Assembly (NCBI GenBank): GCA_040289515.1 | Contig: PSLI01000033.1 | Location: forward strand, 1-23,815 | DNA length: 23,815 nucleotides | From: Candidatus Sysuimicrobiota bacterium | GTDB lineage: Bacteria; Sysuimicrobiota; Sysuimicrobiia; Sysuimicrobiales; Sysuimicrobiaceae | Direction of reading: 5' to 3' | Notes under the pieces: model-generated | The model's database searches: none | Told to the model about the DNA's origin: nothing | Seen by the model: only the letters and a program-made list of their open reading frames with translations | Part shown: positions 7,337-16,562 of the stretch, piece after piece | Layout: each line of letters begins with the position of its first letter | Position numbering within the stretch: the first letter of the stretch is position 1 | Made by a program: the position numbers and the translations under genes

Positions 7337-8385
7337 CGCCCCGCCCATGCGGCCGTCCGACTCCGGCGGGAGCTCACCAGCCCCGCGGGCCAAAACAGCA
7401 TGATCACCACCAGCATCAGTCCGAACACCACGGGCTCCAGCTCCCCGGACACCGCCGGCACCAGACCCAGCACGTGGGTGCGCAGGAGCTGCTCCAGCAG
7501 CAGCACCGCGAGCGCCCCCAACGGTGCACCCCAGATGCTGCTCATGCCGCCCACCGCGGACATCACCACCAGCTCCAGGGAGGGCACGAAGCCGAAGGTG
7601 TCGGGCACCACCGCGGCCTGGAAGTGGGCATACAGACTGCCCGCGACGGAGGCCAGGGCGGCGCTCAGGGCGAAGATCTTGGCCTTCAGCTTTCCCACGT
7701 CCATCCCCACGCTCTCCGCGGCCAGCTCGCTGCCGTGGACGGCCCGCAGGGCGCGGCCCACGGGCGAGTGGACCAGGTTCAGGCCCACAGCCATGGCGCC
7801 TACGGCCGCGGCCCACACCACGAAGTAGTACACCTGCACGGGCCACAGCTCCGCACTTCCCACTCGCAGCCGCGGGACGCCCACGATGCCGTCAAACCCG
7901 CCGGTAAGGTTCAGGTGCGGTAGGCCCAGGTTCTCACGCAGGACGATGTACACGATGATCCCCAGCCCCAGGGTGGCCATGGCCAGGTAGTGACCCCGCA
8001 GCCGGAGGATAGCAAGCCCCACCACGAGGGCGAAGGCGCCCACCGCCAACGCCGCCACAGCCATCATCAGCCATGGCCACCACCAGGCTCCCGCCACATG
8101 GGACGGGATGTTCAGCGCACCTGTCCGAACGGTGAAGATGGCGGAGGCGAAGGCACCCATCCCGTAGAAGGCTGCCTGTCCCAGGGAGGCCTGGCCCGCG
8201 TACCCCATCAGGAGGTTGAGCCCCACCAGGACCACTGTGAACAATCCCGCGCGGATCAGCAGGTCCACGCTCACCAGGCCCCGCGAAAGCCGCGCCAGGA
8301 TGCCGGGCTGGACCAGCTCCACCAGCCCCACCGCGACCACCACCGCGGCGAAGGCAAGCCAGTTCGCAGCCCACCGGCCGTTCAT
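7333..8385 (-). CDS. livM: ABC transporter permease, LivM-type
   Basis: GLNLLMGYAGQASLGQAAFYGMGA, RLRGHYLAMATLG, SPVGRALRAV. ATG 8385 overlaps the livH stop. Confidence 0.9.
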   Translation of the reverse strand: MNGRWAANWLAFAAVVVAVGLVELVQPGILARLSRGLVSVDLLIRAGLFTVVLVGLNLLMGYAGQASLGQAAFYGMGAFASAIFTVRTGALNIPSHVAGAWWWPWLMMAVAALAVGAFALVVGLAILRLRGHYLAMATLGLGIIVYIVLRENLGLPHLNLTGGFDGIVGVPRLRVGSAELWPVQVYYFVVWAAAVGAMAVGLNLVHSPVGRALRAVHGSELAAESVGMDVGKLKAKIFALSAALASVAGSLYAHFQAAVVPDTFGFVPSLELVVMSAVGGMSSIWGAPLGALAVLLLEQLLRTHVLGLVPAVSGELEPVVFGLMLVVIMLFWPAGLVSSRRSRTAAWAGR

Positions 8386-9449
8386 TCTTGGCCCGGCTCC
8401 AGCCAGCCCGCAGGCCGCACCAGCAGCAGCAGGATCAGCACCGCGAAGGCGAACAGGTCCTTGAACCCGGCCACGGTGACCCCGGCCCACAGGCTCTCCA
8501 ACGCGCCCAGGACCAGCCCGCCCGCCACCGCGCCCGGCAGGCTCACCAGGCCTCCCGCGATGGCGGCCACGAACCCCTTCAGCCCCAGCTCCAGGCCCAT
8601 GTCGTACGTGGGGCGGGTGCTGGGCGCGATTACGATCCCTCCGACCGCGCCCAGCACCCCTGCCAGCGCGAACGCCAAGGTCGCCATGCGGTCCACCCGG
8701 ATGCCCATCAGGCGCGCCGCAATGCGGTTCACCGCGCACGCCCGCATGGCCTTGCCCACCACCGTGTGCTCGAAGAACAGCACCAGCGTCAGGACCGCAA
8801 GCGCCCCGATGCCCCAAACCCACAGGCTCTGCGCCTGCAGGCTTAGGCCCCCCAGCTGCAGCAGACGATCTGCCATGTGCAGAGTGGTGAAGGCGGGCAG
8901 CACGTACGGGCGCGGGCCCCACACCCGGAGGGCGAGGCCCTGCAGAGCGATGTACACCCCCACGGTGATGATGATCTTCGTGAGGGGAGAAGCGCCCCGG
9001 GCCGGGTGCAGGGCCAGCCGGTGCACCACGGTGGCTACGAGGGTGGTAGCCGCCACCGCGGCCAGAGCGGACGCCGCCAGCACACCTGCTCCGTGGCCTC
9101 CCAGGGTCTGGAAAAAGGTGATGGCCAGCATGGGGCCCAGCATCACGAAGGCACCCTGGGCGAAGTTGATGACCCCCGTGACGCGGTACACGACCACAAA
9201 CCCGACCGCCACCAGCGCGTATACGGAGCCGGTGACGGTGCCGTCCAGCACCAGCTGCAGGTAGTCCAGAGGGCCGTAACCCAGGCGGCGGCCCAGGACC
9301 CAGAAAGCCAGACCGGCCACGGCAGCCCCCGCGCCCAGCACCGCCCGCGTCGGCGCACGCCGGGCCGTAGGAGTACCCACAGCCCGGCCTGGCACCGCCA
9401 CGCTGCGGGTGGGTGCCTCCGTGGCTGTCGGCTCCACCACGAGCCTCAC
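8382..9449 (-). CDS. livH: ABC transporter permease, LivH-type
   Basis: GSVYALVAVGFVVVY…INFAQG, GKAMRACA, LKGFVAAIAGG, RPAG. Confidence 0.9.
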   Translation of the reverse strand: MRLVVEPTATEAPTRSVAVPGRAVGTPTARRAPTRAVLGAGAAVAGLAFWVLGRRLGYGPLDYLQLVLDGTVTGSVYALVAVGFVVVYRVTGVINFAQGAFVMLGPMLAITFFQTLGGHGAGVLAASALAAVAATTLVATVVHRLALHPARGASPLTKIIITVGVYIALQGLALRVWGPRPYVLPAFTTLHMADRLLQLGGLSLQAQSLWVWGIGALAVLTLVLFFEHTVVGKAMRACAVNRIAARLMGIRVDRMATLAFALAGVLGAVGGIVIAPSTRPTYDMGLELGLKGFVAAIAGGLVSLPGAVAGGLVLGALESLWAGVTVAGFKDLFAFAVLILLLLVRPAGWLEPGQE

Positions 9450-9456
9450 CGCAGGG

Positions 9457-10695
9457 CTACTTCCAACGGTTGGGCGGCAGCAGGACGAACCGTCCGCCCT
9501 GCACCGTCACGATGACGAAGTCCTTCGCGTCGAACCCCAGGTGGTCCTCCGGGCTGAGGGTCATGATCCCGTGGGTCCCCACGTAGTTCCGGATGCGCTC
9601 GATGGCGTCGCGCGCGAGCTCCCGAACCCGGGGCAGGGGCTGGCCGTCGGGCACCGCCCGCAGGCCCGCAAGCGCCCACTGCAGGGCGTCGTACGCATGC
9701 CCCGCGAAGGTGCTGATGGGTTGCCCGCCGGTAAAGCGGGTGTACTCCGCGATGAACTCCAGGTTTACCCGCCGGACGGGGTCGTTGGCCGGGAGCTGGT
9801 CCGCCACCAGGATCTTGCCGCATGGCATCACCGTGCCCTCCGCCGCCTGGCCCGCGGTGCGGATGAGGTCCGGGCTGCAGGCGCCGTGGCCGTGCACGAT
9901 CTTGCGGGGCCCCACGCGCCCCGCCACCGCCACGTTGATCACCGCCGCCGCGGGCGGGATGGAGCCGATGACCACTGCTTGGCAGCCGCTGGCCCGCACC
10001 CGGGTCACCTGGGGGAACTCGGTGGCGAACCGGTCGAAGGAGTCCCCGTACAGGATGCGGATCCCTGCCTTGGCGAACTCCTGCTTGGCGCTGGCGAAGG
10101 TGTCCTGGCCGTAGGCGGTGTTCTCGTACAGGTGGCAGACTCGGTCGATGCCCACCCCCTTCAGGTACTCCGCCTGCTTAGCCGCCGAGTGCAGGTTCTC
10201 CGGCACGGGCTTGAAGATCCACGTGCGCATGCGCTTGGTGGCGGGGTCCTCGATGATGGCGCGGGCGGAGGCCATGGAGATGGTGGGCGTCCGCAGCTCG
10301 GTGGCGATGGGAACGATGGCCAGGCTGGGCCCGCTGAGGGTGGTCCCCACCAGCACGTGCACCTGATCCTGCTCGATGAGCCGGCGGGCCAGGCTGGCGG
10401 CCACATCCGCCCGGCTCTGGTCGTCGTTGATGAGGATCTGCACCTCGTGGCGCACGCCGTCCGGCCCCGCCACCCCGCCTTCCCGCTCCAGCCGCTCCTG
10501 AAACATACGCGCCACGTCCCGCTCCGGGGCGCCCAGGCTTGCGCCCGGCCCGGTGACGGACGAGATGAACCCGATGCGGTATGGCGTTCCCACCCTCGCG
10601 GGGGCAGCCACCAGGGGGAACACCAGGAGCACCAGCAGGCTGGCCACCCCCAACCCACACGCGGCAAGCCACGCAGCCTTCCTGCGCGGACTCAT
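9457..10695 (-). CDS. ABC transporter substrate-binding protein (LivK / PBP1 family), possibly for aromatic or organic acids
   Basis: Signal peptide MSPRRKAAWL…, RIGFISSVTGPGASLG, DDQS, ENTAYG, FAGHAYDA. SD GGGAGGT before ATG 10695. Confidence 0.88.
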   Translation of the reverse strand: MSPRRKAAWLAACGLGVASLLVLLVFPLVAAPARVGTPYRIGFISSVTGPGASLGAPERDVARMFQERLEREGGVAGPDGVRHEVQILINDDQSRADVAASLARRLIEQDQVHVLVGTTLSGPSLAIVPIATELRTPTISMASARAIIEDPATKRMRTWIFKPVPENLHSAAKQAEYLKGVGIDRVCHLYENTAYGQDTFASAKQEFAKAGIRILYGDSFDRFATEFPQVTRVRASGCQAVVIGSIPPAAAVINVAVAGRVGPRKIVHGHGACSPDLIRTAGQAAEGTVMPCGKILVADQLPANDPVRRVNLEFIAEYTRFTGGQPISTFAGHAYDALQWALAGLRAVPDGQPLPRVRELARDAIERIRNYVGTHGIMTLSPEDHLGFDAKDFVIVTVQGGRFVLLPPNRWK

Positions 10696-10806
10696 ACGCC
10701 CACCTCCCTCTGTGGATTTGGCCGGCGTCCGGGAGGACGCACCGAACCCGGGAGCGGGCCGCAGAACCCACCCGCCCCCCCGGAATATACGCCGACGCCC
10801 GGCGAC

Positions 10807-10820
10807 CGACCTTCCGGTCG
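10807..10820. promoter_or_regulatory. Operator-like box 1, CGACCTTCCGGTCG
   Basis: Lies within the inverted repeat 10801-10822. Sits at the -35 position relative to a minus-strand TATATT (10784-10789) upstream of the SBP gene. Matches box 2 at 11 of 14 positions. Confidence 0.55.
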
Positions 10821-10938
10821 CCCAGCCTATTCGTCCGCCGCGGGCGGGGCCGTGTAATGGCTGAACCATTGTGGCTGCGCCGGACGCTCCATGCTACCCA
10901 GAGGGCTGATCCGCTCGCATCACCCCACGGACGGCTCA

Positions 10939-10986
10939 TTGAAACGGTCCTCCGGCAGGCCCAGGCTGGAATCGACCGAACGGTCG
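10939..10986 (+). promoter_or_regulatory. Promoter plus operator-like box 2 (CGACCGAACGGTCG) of the decayed operon
   Basis: TTGAAA, 17 nt, CAGGCT, then a palindrome at 10973-10986 over the predicted +1. Confidence 0.55.
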
Positions 10987-10993
10987 GGCAGCC

Positions 10994-11755
10994 ATAGGGT
11001 GCACCGTCGTTGAAGCCATCCTGAACCGGGCCGCGGGCCGGGCGGTCCGGACAAGCTGTGGGATCCCGATCGGGTGGCCGTGGTGCTGGACCACTTCGCG
11101 CCGCCGCCATCCGCGGCGGTGGCCAGCCTGCACCGGCGGATCCGGGAGAGGGTGCGCCGTTTCGGTATTCGCCACTTCTTCGACGTGGGAGAAGGGATCT
11201 GCCACCAGCTGCTGGTGGAGCGCGGCCTGGTGCGGCCCGGGATGCTGGTGGTGGGCACGGACTCCCACCCCCCACCTACGGGGCCGTGGCCGCGGCGGGC
11301 ACGGGGATCGGCACCTCCGAGATGGCTTACGCCCTGGCTACGGGAACCCTGTGGTTCCAGGTCGCCCCTACGATCCGCTGCGAGCTTTACAGGAACTTGC
11401 GACCCGAGGTGGGGTGGAAGGACCTCATCCTGCACTTGCTCGGGCAGCACGGTTCGGGGTTCGCCCAGTACCGGGCCGTGGAGTTCTGGGGCGAAGGCGT
11501 GGCCAGCGTGGACCTCTCGGGCCGCATAACGGTGGCCAACATGGCGGTGGAGGCGGGCGCCAAGTTCTTCTGTTTCCCCCGATGAGGTGACCGAGCGCTT
11601 TCTGGGCCAGCCGGTGTCCGGACCTCGCCCGAATCCCAACGTTTGTTACGAGCGCACCATGTCCGTGGACCTGACTCAACCGGAGCCGCTGGTGGCGCTA
11701 CCGCACCGCGTGGATCACGTGCAGCCCGCGCGGAGGTGCAGGGGATCCGCATAGT
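10994..11755 (+). pseudogene. LeuC/HacA-like aconitase-family large subunit, decayed
   Basis: ATA-GCTVVEAILNRAAGRAVR (start apparently lost), deletion, WDPDRVAVVLDH, GICHQ, GTDSH, frameshift, TYGA…GIGTSE, KDLIL, ANMAVEAGAK, frameshift, EPLVALPHRVD. The C-terminal half carrying the Fe-S Cys ligands is missing. Confidence 0.88.
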
Positions 11756-11786
11756 ATTACGGCTCCCCGGGAGCTGGAGGTGGGCG

Positions 11787-12020
11787 TTGCGTAGCGCCGC
11801 TGCACGTGCCCCTGCGGGGCCGCGCGTGGAAGTTTGGGTACGACATCAGCCGGGGTGGCAGCCCTCTTCGAGGACGGGGATGAAGCGGAGGTCGTATTGA
11901 CGAAGGCCCGCGTGCGGGACCCTGCCACGGGCCGGGAGCTGCAGGCCCAGCTCCTGCCGCTCCTCATGTTGGAGACCCTGCAGGCGGGCGGCATTCTGAA
12001 GCAGCTGGAGGAATGGGTGG
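11787..12020 (+). pseudogene. LeuD/HacB-like small subunit, decayed
   Basis: LRGRAWKFGYDIS joined out of frame to FEDGDEAEV…TGRELQAQLLPLLMLETLQAGGIL; the central region is deleted. Confidence 0.82.
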
Positions 12021-12059
12021 GTGCGGCCGGAGGACATCCGCTGCCTGGACGACCTGCGC

Positions 12060-12291
12060 GGCCGGAGTTCCTGCGGGTGGAGCTGCGGGACCGGAAGTGG
12101 GCGTGGTCACCTCCGACGTGTGTTACACGCTGGTGCGGGAAGTCCTCCTGGAGGCCAGCGTGCTCAGGCTGGGGATGAGCTGCCCCCTGCCCATAGACGC
12201 GGTGCGTTCCTTCGCCTCCCAGGTGCGGCGGGTGTTCGTGGTGGAGGGGGTGAGGCCGTTCCTGGAGGAGGCGCTGCGCGTGTTGGGGATC
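12060..12291 (+). pseudogene. iorA: Indolepyruvate:ferredoxin oxidoreductase alpha subunit, internal fragment
   Basis: RVELRDRK, frameshift, VGVVTSDVCYTLVREVLLEASVLRLGMSCPLPIDAVRSFASQVRRVFVVEGVRPFLEEALRVLGI resembles the IorA middle domain. Confidence 0.7.
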
Positions 12292-12700
12292 GGCGATGCT
12301 GCGGAAGCTGCACGACAGGCTGCCCGAACGGGGGCGGACGACCTGGAGCGCAAGGGTTACTTCGTGGAGGACGCGGAGGTGGTTGTAGTGGCGTACGGGA
12401 TCGCTGCATGGGCAGCGAAAGCCGCAGTGTGCCGCGCGGGGGGCTGCGTGTGCGAGCAGGGCTGTTCCGGCCCAGGGTGCTGTAGCCTTCTCCCGAGAGC
12501 CGCCTGCGGGAGCTGGCCCGCACGGCTTGCACCTTCGTGGTGGCAGAGATGAACTTCCGTCAGTGGGGGTGGGAAGTGGAGCGGGTGGTGGGCCGGTGGG
12601 CGGAGGTGTGCGCGTCAACCAGGTGGACGGCACGCCCCTGGAGCCGCAGGTGGTGCTGCAACACCTGCTGAGCCTGCACGCGGGCGCCCCCGCGGGAGGG
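12292..12700 (+). pseudogene. korA: 2-oxoacid:ferredoxin oxidoreductase alpha subunit, C-terminal fragment
   Basis: EDAEVVVVAYGIAA, AGLFRPRVL*PSPE (TAG at 12483 in place of Trp), VVAEMN and NQVDGTP across several frames. Confidence 0.82.
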
Positions 12701-12708
12701 AGGAACCC

Positions 12709-13547
12709 ATGGTCCCGGACGTCCGCACCTCCCTGCGGCGGCCTCGCATGCCCCACATCCTTTGCCGGGCTGCGGGCACGGGATCGTCCTGTGGTGCCTG
12801 CTGCGGGCAGCACACGCCCCGGAGATTCACCAGGATCGCCGGGTGGTGGTGGCGGGCATCGGCTGCAGTAGTCGGCTGGCGGGCTACGTGGACGCCTGCA
12901 CTCTGCACACCACCCACGGCCGGGCCCTGGCTTTTGCCACGGGGTTAAAGCTGGCGCGGCCGGAGCTAGCCGTGGTGCTGCTCACGGGGGACGGGGACGG
13001 GCTCAGCATCGGCGGCGGCCACCTCATCCCCTCAACGCGTCGCAACGTGGGCATCGCGTGCATCCGGTTCAACAGCGCGGTGTACGGGATGACGGGAGGG
13101 CAGGTGGCCCCCACCACCCAGGCCGGCTGGCCGGCTTCGACGGCCCCCACGGACACGTGGAGCCGGCCTTTGACAGGTGCGCGCTGGTGCAGGGGGGAGG
13201 CACCTTCGCGGCCAGGGGCCGGGCGTATGACCCCCCTGGAGTCTGGAGGCAATGCGGAGGGAAGCCTGCGCCATGAGGGCTTCAGCTACGTGGAGGTGCT
13301 GACGGACTGTCCGGTGTACTTCCGCCGCTACAACCGCCTGGGGGAGAGCGCGGATCTTCTGTGGAGCCAAAAGGCCAGGTTCACCGAAGTAGGCAGCGTG
13401 CTGGCGCACAAATAGTTCGTCACCCGGGACGGGGCAGCGCCGCCCGGATACGTGGAGGGGCTGTGGGTGGGGATCCTGCACCGCAGCCAGCGCCCGGAGT
13501 TCTCGCGGGTGTGCTGGGTGGTGGCCAGCAAGGGGGACGCGCGGTAA
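12709..13547 (+). pseudogene. korB: 2-oxoacid:ferredoxin oxidoreductase beta subunit, frameshifted
   Basis: SD + ATG 12709, MPHILC, frameshift, GCGHG, GIGCSSR, HTTHGRALAFATG, GDGD (TPP motif), YGMTGGQ and GFSYVEVLTDCP. Internal TAG at 13413; GILHRSQRPEF precedes TAA 13545. Confidence 0.88.
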
Positions 13548-14105
13548 AGCCCGTGACGGTGCGGCTTGCGGGTTCGGGAGGACAGGGCGTGATCCTGGCC
13601 AGCGTCCTGCCGGGGGGAGGCGGCCTTGCGGGAGAGGCGGTGGGCCGCGTGCTTCCACGCCTTCGGTCCGGAGGCCCGGGGCGCCGCTTCCCGCGGCGAC
13701 GTGGTGGTCTCAGACGAGCCGTTGGACTACCCTGTGAGCCGGGAGGTAGGCGTGCTGGTGGCCCTTACCCAGGACGCCCCGGATCGCCATGCCCCCCGCC
13801 GTGAGCCCGGGGGAACGCTGGGGGCGGACCTCATGCGGGTGTGCCAGCTCCCGGCGGGGGACTACCGAAGCTGCGGTGTGGAGATCTACCGAGCGGTGCA
13901 GGAGGCGATGGGCACCGAGCAGGTGGGCGACGTGGCGGCTTTGAGGGTCATCAGCGCGCTGGTGGGCGTGGTATCCGCGGGCGCCCTGGCGGAGGTGGTG
14001 CGCCACCGCTTCCGCGGGCCCGCGCGCCCTCAGAACCTGCGCGCTGTGGAGGTAGGGCCGGAGGTGGGCCGCTGGACGCTGGCCCGGGACGGAGAGGCAC
14101 CGTGA
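13544..14105 (+). pseudogene. korC: 2-oxoacid:ferredoxin oxidoreductase gamma subunit, frameshifted
   Basis: VRLAGSGGQGVILA, frameshift at a G-run (~13612), FGPEARGAASRGDVVVSDEPLDYP, LVALTQDA, NLRAVEVG. Confidence 0.85.
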
Positions 14106-14800
14106 GGAGCTCCCCACGGACCCGCGCGGCACGGCGCCGGGTACGGGAGGTGGCACCGGAGCTGGCGCCCTTGGATGGGGAGCGACGGCGGGAGCACATC
14201 CTGCGGGTGGCGGCGCACCTGTTCCGCACCAAGGGCTACAAGGGCACCAGCATGCGGGACATCGCGGAGGTGGTGGGCCTCACCAAAAGCAGCCTGTACC
14301 ACCACATCCGCGGCAAGCAGGACCTGTTGCTGGAGATCCTGCAGCACACCGTGGACCGCGCCATGCGGCGGCTGGAGCACATCGCGCGCAGCAACCTGTC
14401 CCCCTCCGAACGACTCCGCCTAGCGGTGGAGAACCACATCGTGCACCTCATTGAGGATCTGGACAACGTGGCCTGTTTCATCGAAGAGGGCAAGAACCTG
14501 GCACCGGAGCGCATGCGGACCTACGTGCAGCAGCGGGACCGCTACGAGCGGTTCTTCCGGGACATCGTGGAGGAAGGCATCCGGGTGGGCGAGTTCCGGC
14601 TCACGGACGTGCGTCTGGCGGGCTGGGCCATCCTGGGCATGTGCAACTGGGTGGCCAAGTGGTACCGGCGGGACGGGCCGTACACCGCCCAGGAGATCGC
14701 CACCCACTTCGGGGAGTTCGCGGTGCGGGCCTTGAGCCGGGGGTACCCCGTCCCGTGGGTACCCCCGCGGGAGGAGAAGGCCGATGGCACTGCCCCTTGA
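14102..14800 (+). CDS. TetR/AcrR-family regulator with a KstR2-like C-terminal domain, intact
   Basis: ILRVAAHLFRTKGYKGTSMRDIAEVVGLTKSSLYHHIRGKQDLL HTH; C-terminal GIRVGEF…ILGMCNWVAKWYRRDG. The GTG start overlaps the korC stop; the start could be slightly downstream. Confidence 0.9.
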   Translation: MRSSPRTRAARRRVREVAPELAPLDGERRREHILRVAAHLFRTKGYKGTSMRDIAEVVGLTKSSLYHHIRGKQDLLLEILQHTVDRAMRRLEHIARSNLSPSERLRLAVENHIVHLIEDLDNVACFIEEGKNLAPERMRTYVQQRDRYERFFRDIVEEGIRVGEFRLTDVRLAGWAILGMCNWVAKWYRRDGPYTAQEIATHFGEFAVRALSRGYPVPWVPPREEKADGTAP

Positions 14801-15763
14801 GGGCATCCGGGTGGTGGGCCTGAGCCAGGGGGCCGCGGGCCCTGTGTGCACGCAGCTGCTGGGCGACTTCGGCGCGGAGGTGGTGAAGGTGGAGCCGCCC
14901 GGCGGCGACTGGGGCCGCCAGCTGGGGCCGCCCTTCTCCCCCGTGCGAGGGGGCGGCAGCACCGCGGCCGCGTACGTGGGCATGAACCGAAACAAGCGCA
15001 GCGTGGTGGTGGACGTGAAGCACCCCGCGGGGCGCGAGGTGGTGCTGCGCCTGGCAGATGGCGCGGACGTGTTCGTGGTAAGCTTCCGGCCCGGGGTGGC
15101 GGAGCGGCTGGACCTGGGCAGCGCCACCCTGCTTGCGCGGAATCCTCGGCTTGTGTACTGCAGCATCCCCGCCTTCGGGCAGCACGGGCCGTGGCGGGAC
15201 CGGCCGGGGGTGGACGGAGTGGTGCAGGCCATGAGCGGGCTGATGAGCATAACGGGAACGGAAGACCGCCCGCCGGTCAAGGTGGGCGTGCCTGCCGCGG
15301 ACATGGTGGGTGGGTTCCTGGCCGCTACGGGCATCCTTCTGGCTCTTCTGGCGCGCCAGCGCACGGGTGCCGGCCAGGTGGTGGACCGGGCCCTGCTGGA
15401 CGCTCTGCTGGCCTTTCAGACCGTGCCCCTGGCCATGTTCTTCTGCTCCAACAAGCCGCCTGCCCGCACCGGCAGCGCAGCTCCCTACGCGGTGCCCAAC
15501 GAGGCCTTCCCGAGCCGGGACGCCTACGTGATGGTGGCCGCGTACAGCCCGGAGCGGTGGGAGCGCCTGTGCCGTGTCCTGGGCCGGCCGGAGCTGGCCG
15601 CAGACCCTCGGTTTTCTACCAAGGACGCACGGGTGCGCAACCGTGCCGCCCTGCGGGAGGTGCTGGAGCCCTGTTCCGCACCCGCACCACCGAGGAGTGG
15701 GTGGCTACCCTGGAGGCCGCGGACATTTTGTGCGCGCCCCTGCTCTCCTACCCGGAGCTGGTG
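14784..15763 (+). pseudogene. CoA-transferase family III (CaiB/BaiF), frameshifted and C-terminally truncated
   Basis: LEGIRVV, AGPVCTQLLGDFGAEVVKVEPP, NRNKRS, FRPGV, NPRLVYCSI and DGVVQAMSGLMSITG. Frameshift at ~15670 into FRTRTTEEWVATLEAADILCAP, then direct fusion to prpF sequence. Confidence 0.85.
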
Positions 15764-16560
15764 GACGCCCAGCCCACTACCCGGGTCCGGATGTTCAACC
15801 GGAACACCCGCAAGGTGCTGGTCGCGGAAGTTCCCGTCCGGGACGATGCGCCGCGGGTGGAGGGTGGCTGCCGCATCGAGGGCGTCCCGGGGCGCCGGGG
15901 CGGAGGTGGTGCTGGACTATGCGCAAACGGTGGGCGCCACCACGGGCCGGCTGCTGCCCACGGGCCAGGTGCGGGGCGAGGTGTGGGTGGGTGCCCGAGC
16001 TGGGGCGGTCAGTACCCGTGAGCGTCGTGGACGTGGCCAACGCCTGCGTTTTCTTCCCCGCGGAGGTGCTGGGCTGGCGCGGGACCGAAGGGCCCGGGGG
16101 GGGTGACGCCCGACACCCGCGCCGTGCGGACGCCATCCGGCGCAGAGCGGCGGAGCTCGTGGGCCTGCCCTCGGAGGGGCTGGTGCCGATTCCGGTGGCG
16201 GTGGTACCCCCGGCGGAGTACCGCACGGTGCAGGGGCAGACGGTGCGGGAAGACGAATCGGAGCTGCTGGTGCGCCTGCCGGGCGGCAGGCCCCTGAGTC
16301 TGCACAAGGCGTTTGCGGCCACCGCGGCCGCGGCCACCGCGGTGGCCGCGCCGCTACCCGGAAGCGTGGCTGCGGAGGTTAGCCGGGCGCAAGACGCTGA
16401 GACGGTTGTCCTGGGGCACCCAAGCGGCACCTTTCCCGTGCGGGTGCGGGTAACCCGGGCGGGGGACGCCTGGCACGTGGAGCGCGCCACCTACTCTCGC
16501 ACCGCCCGGCGGCTCATGGAAGGCTACGCCTTCGTGAAGGCTGCGGTGTTCGCGGAGCTC
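15758..16560 (+). pseudogene. prpF: PrpF / methylitaconate isomerase-like gene, C-terminal two-thirds, frameshifted
   Basis: TTRVRMFNRNTRK, GCRIEGVPG, frameshift, GAEVVLDY, TGRLLPTG, frameshift, SVVDVANACVF, LHKAFAAT, GHPSG and RTARRLMEG. The N-terminus is absent and the frame runs into hpaD until 16668. Confidence 0.82.
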
Positions 16561-16562
16561 GG

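Noticed and set aside
9409..10857. Long antisense or alternate-frame ORFs (also 493-1542, 6650-7828, 7990-9264, 19137-20396, 19997-21430)
   Set aside because: Expected shadows of high-GC genes; no recognisable motifs.
10994..12020. Functional leucine-biosynthetic leuCD
   Set aside because: Fragmented, Fe-S ligands deleted, and no leuA or leuB nearby.
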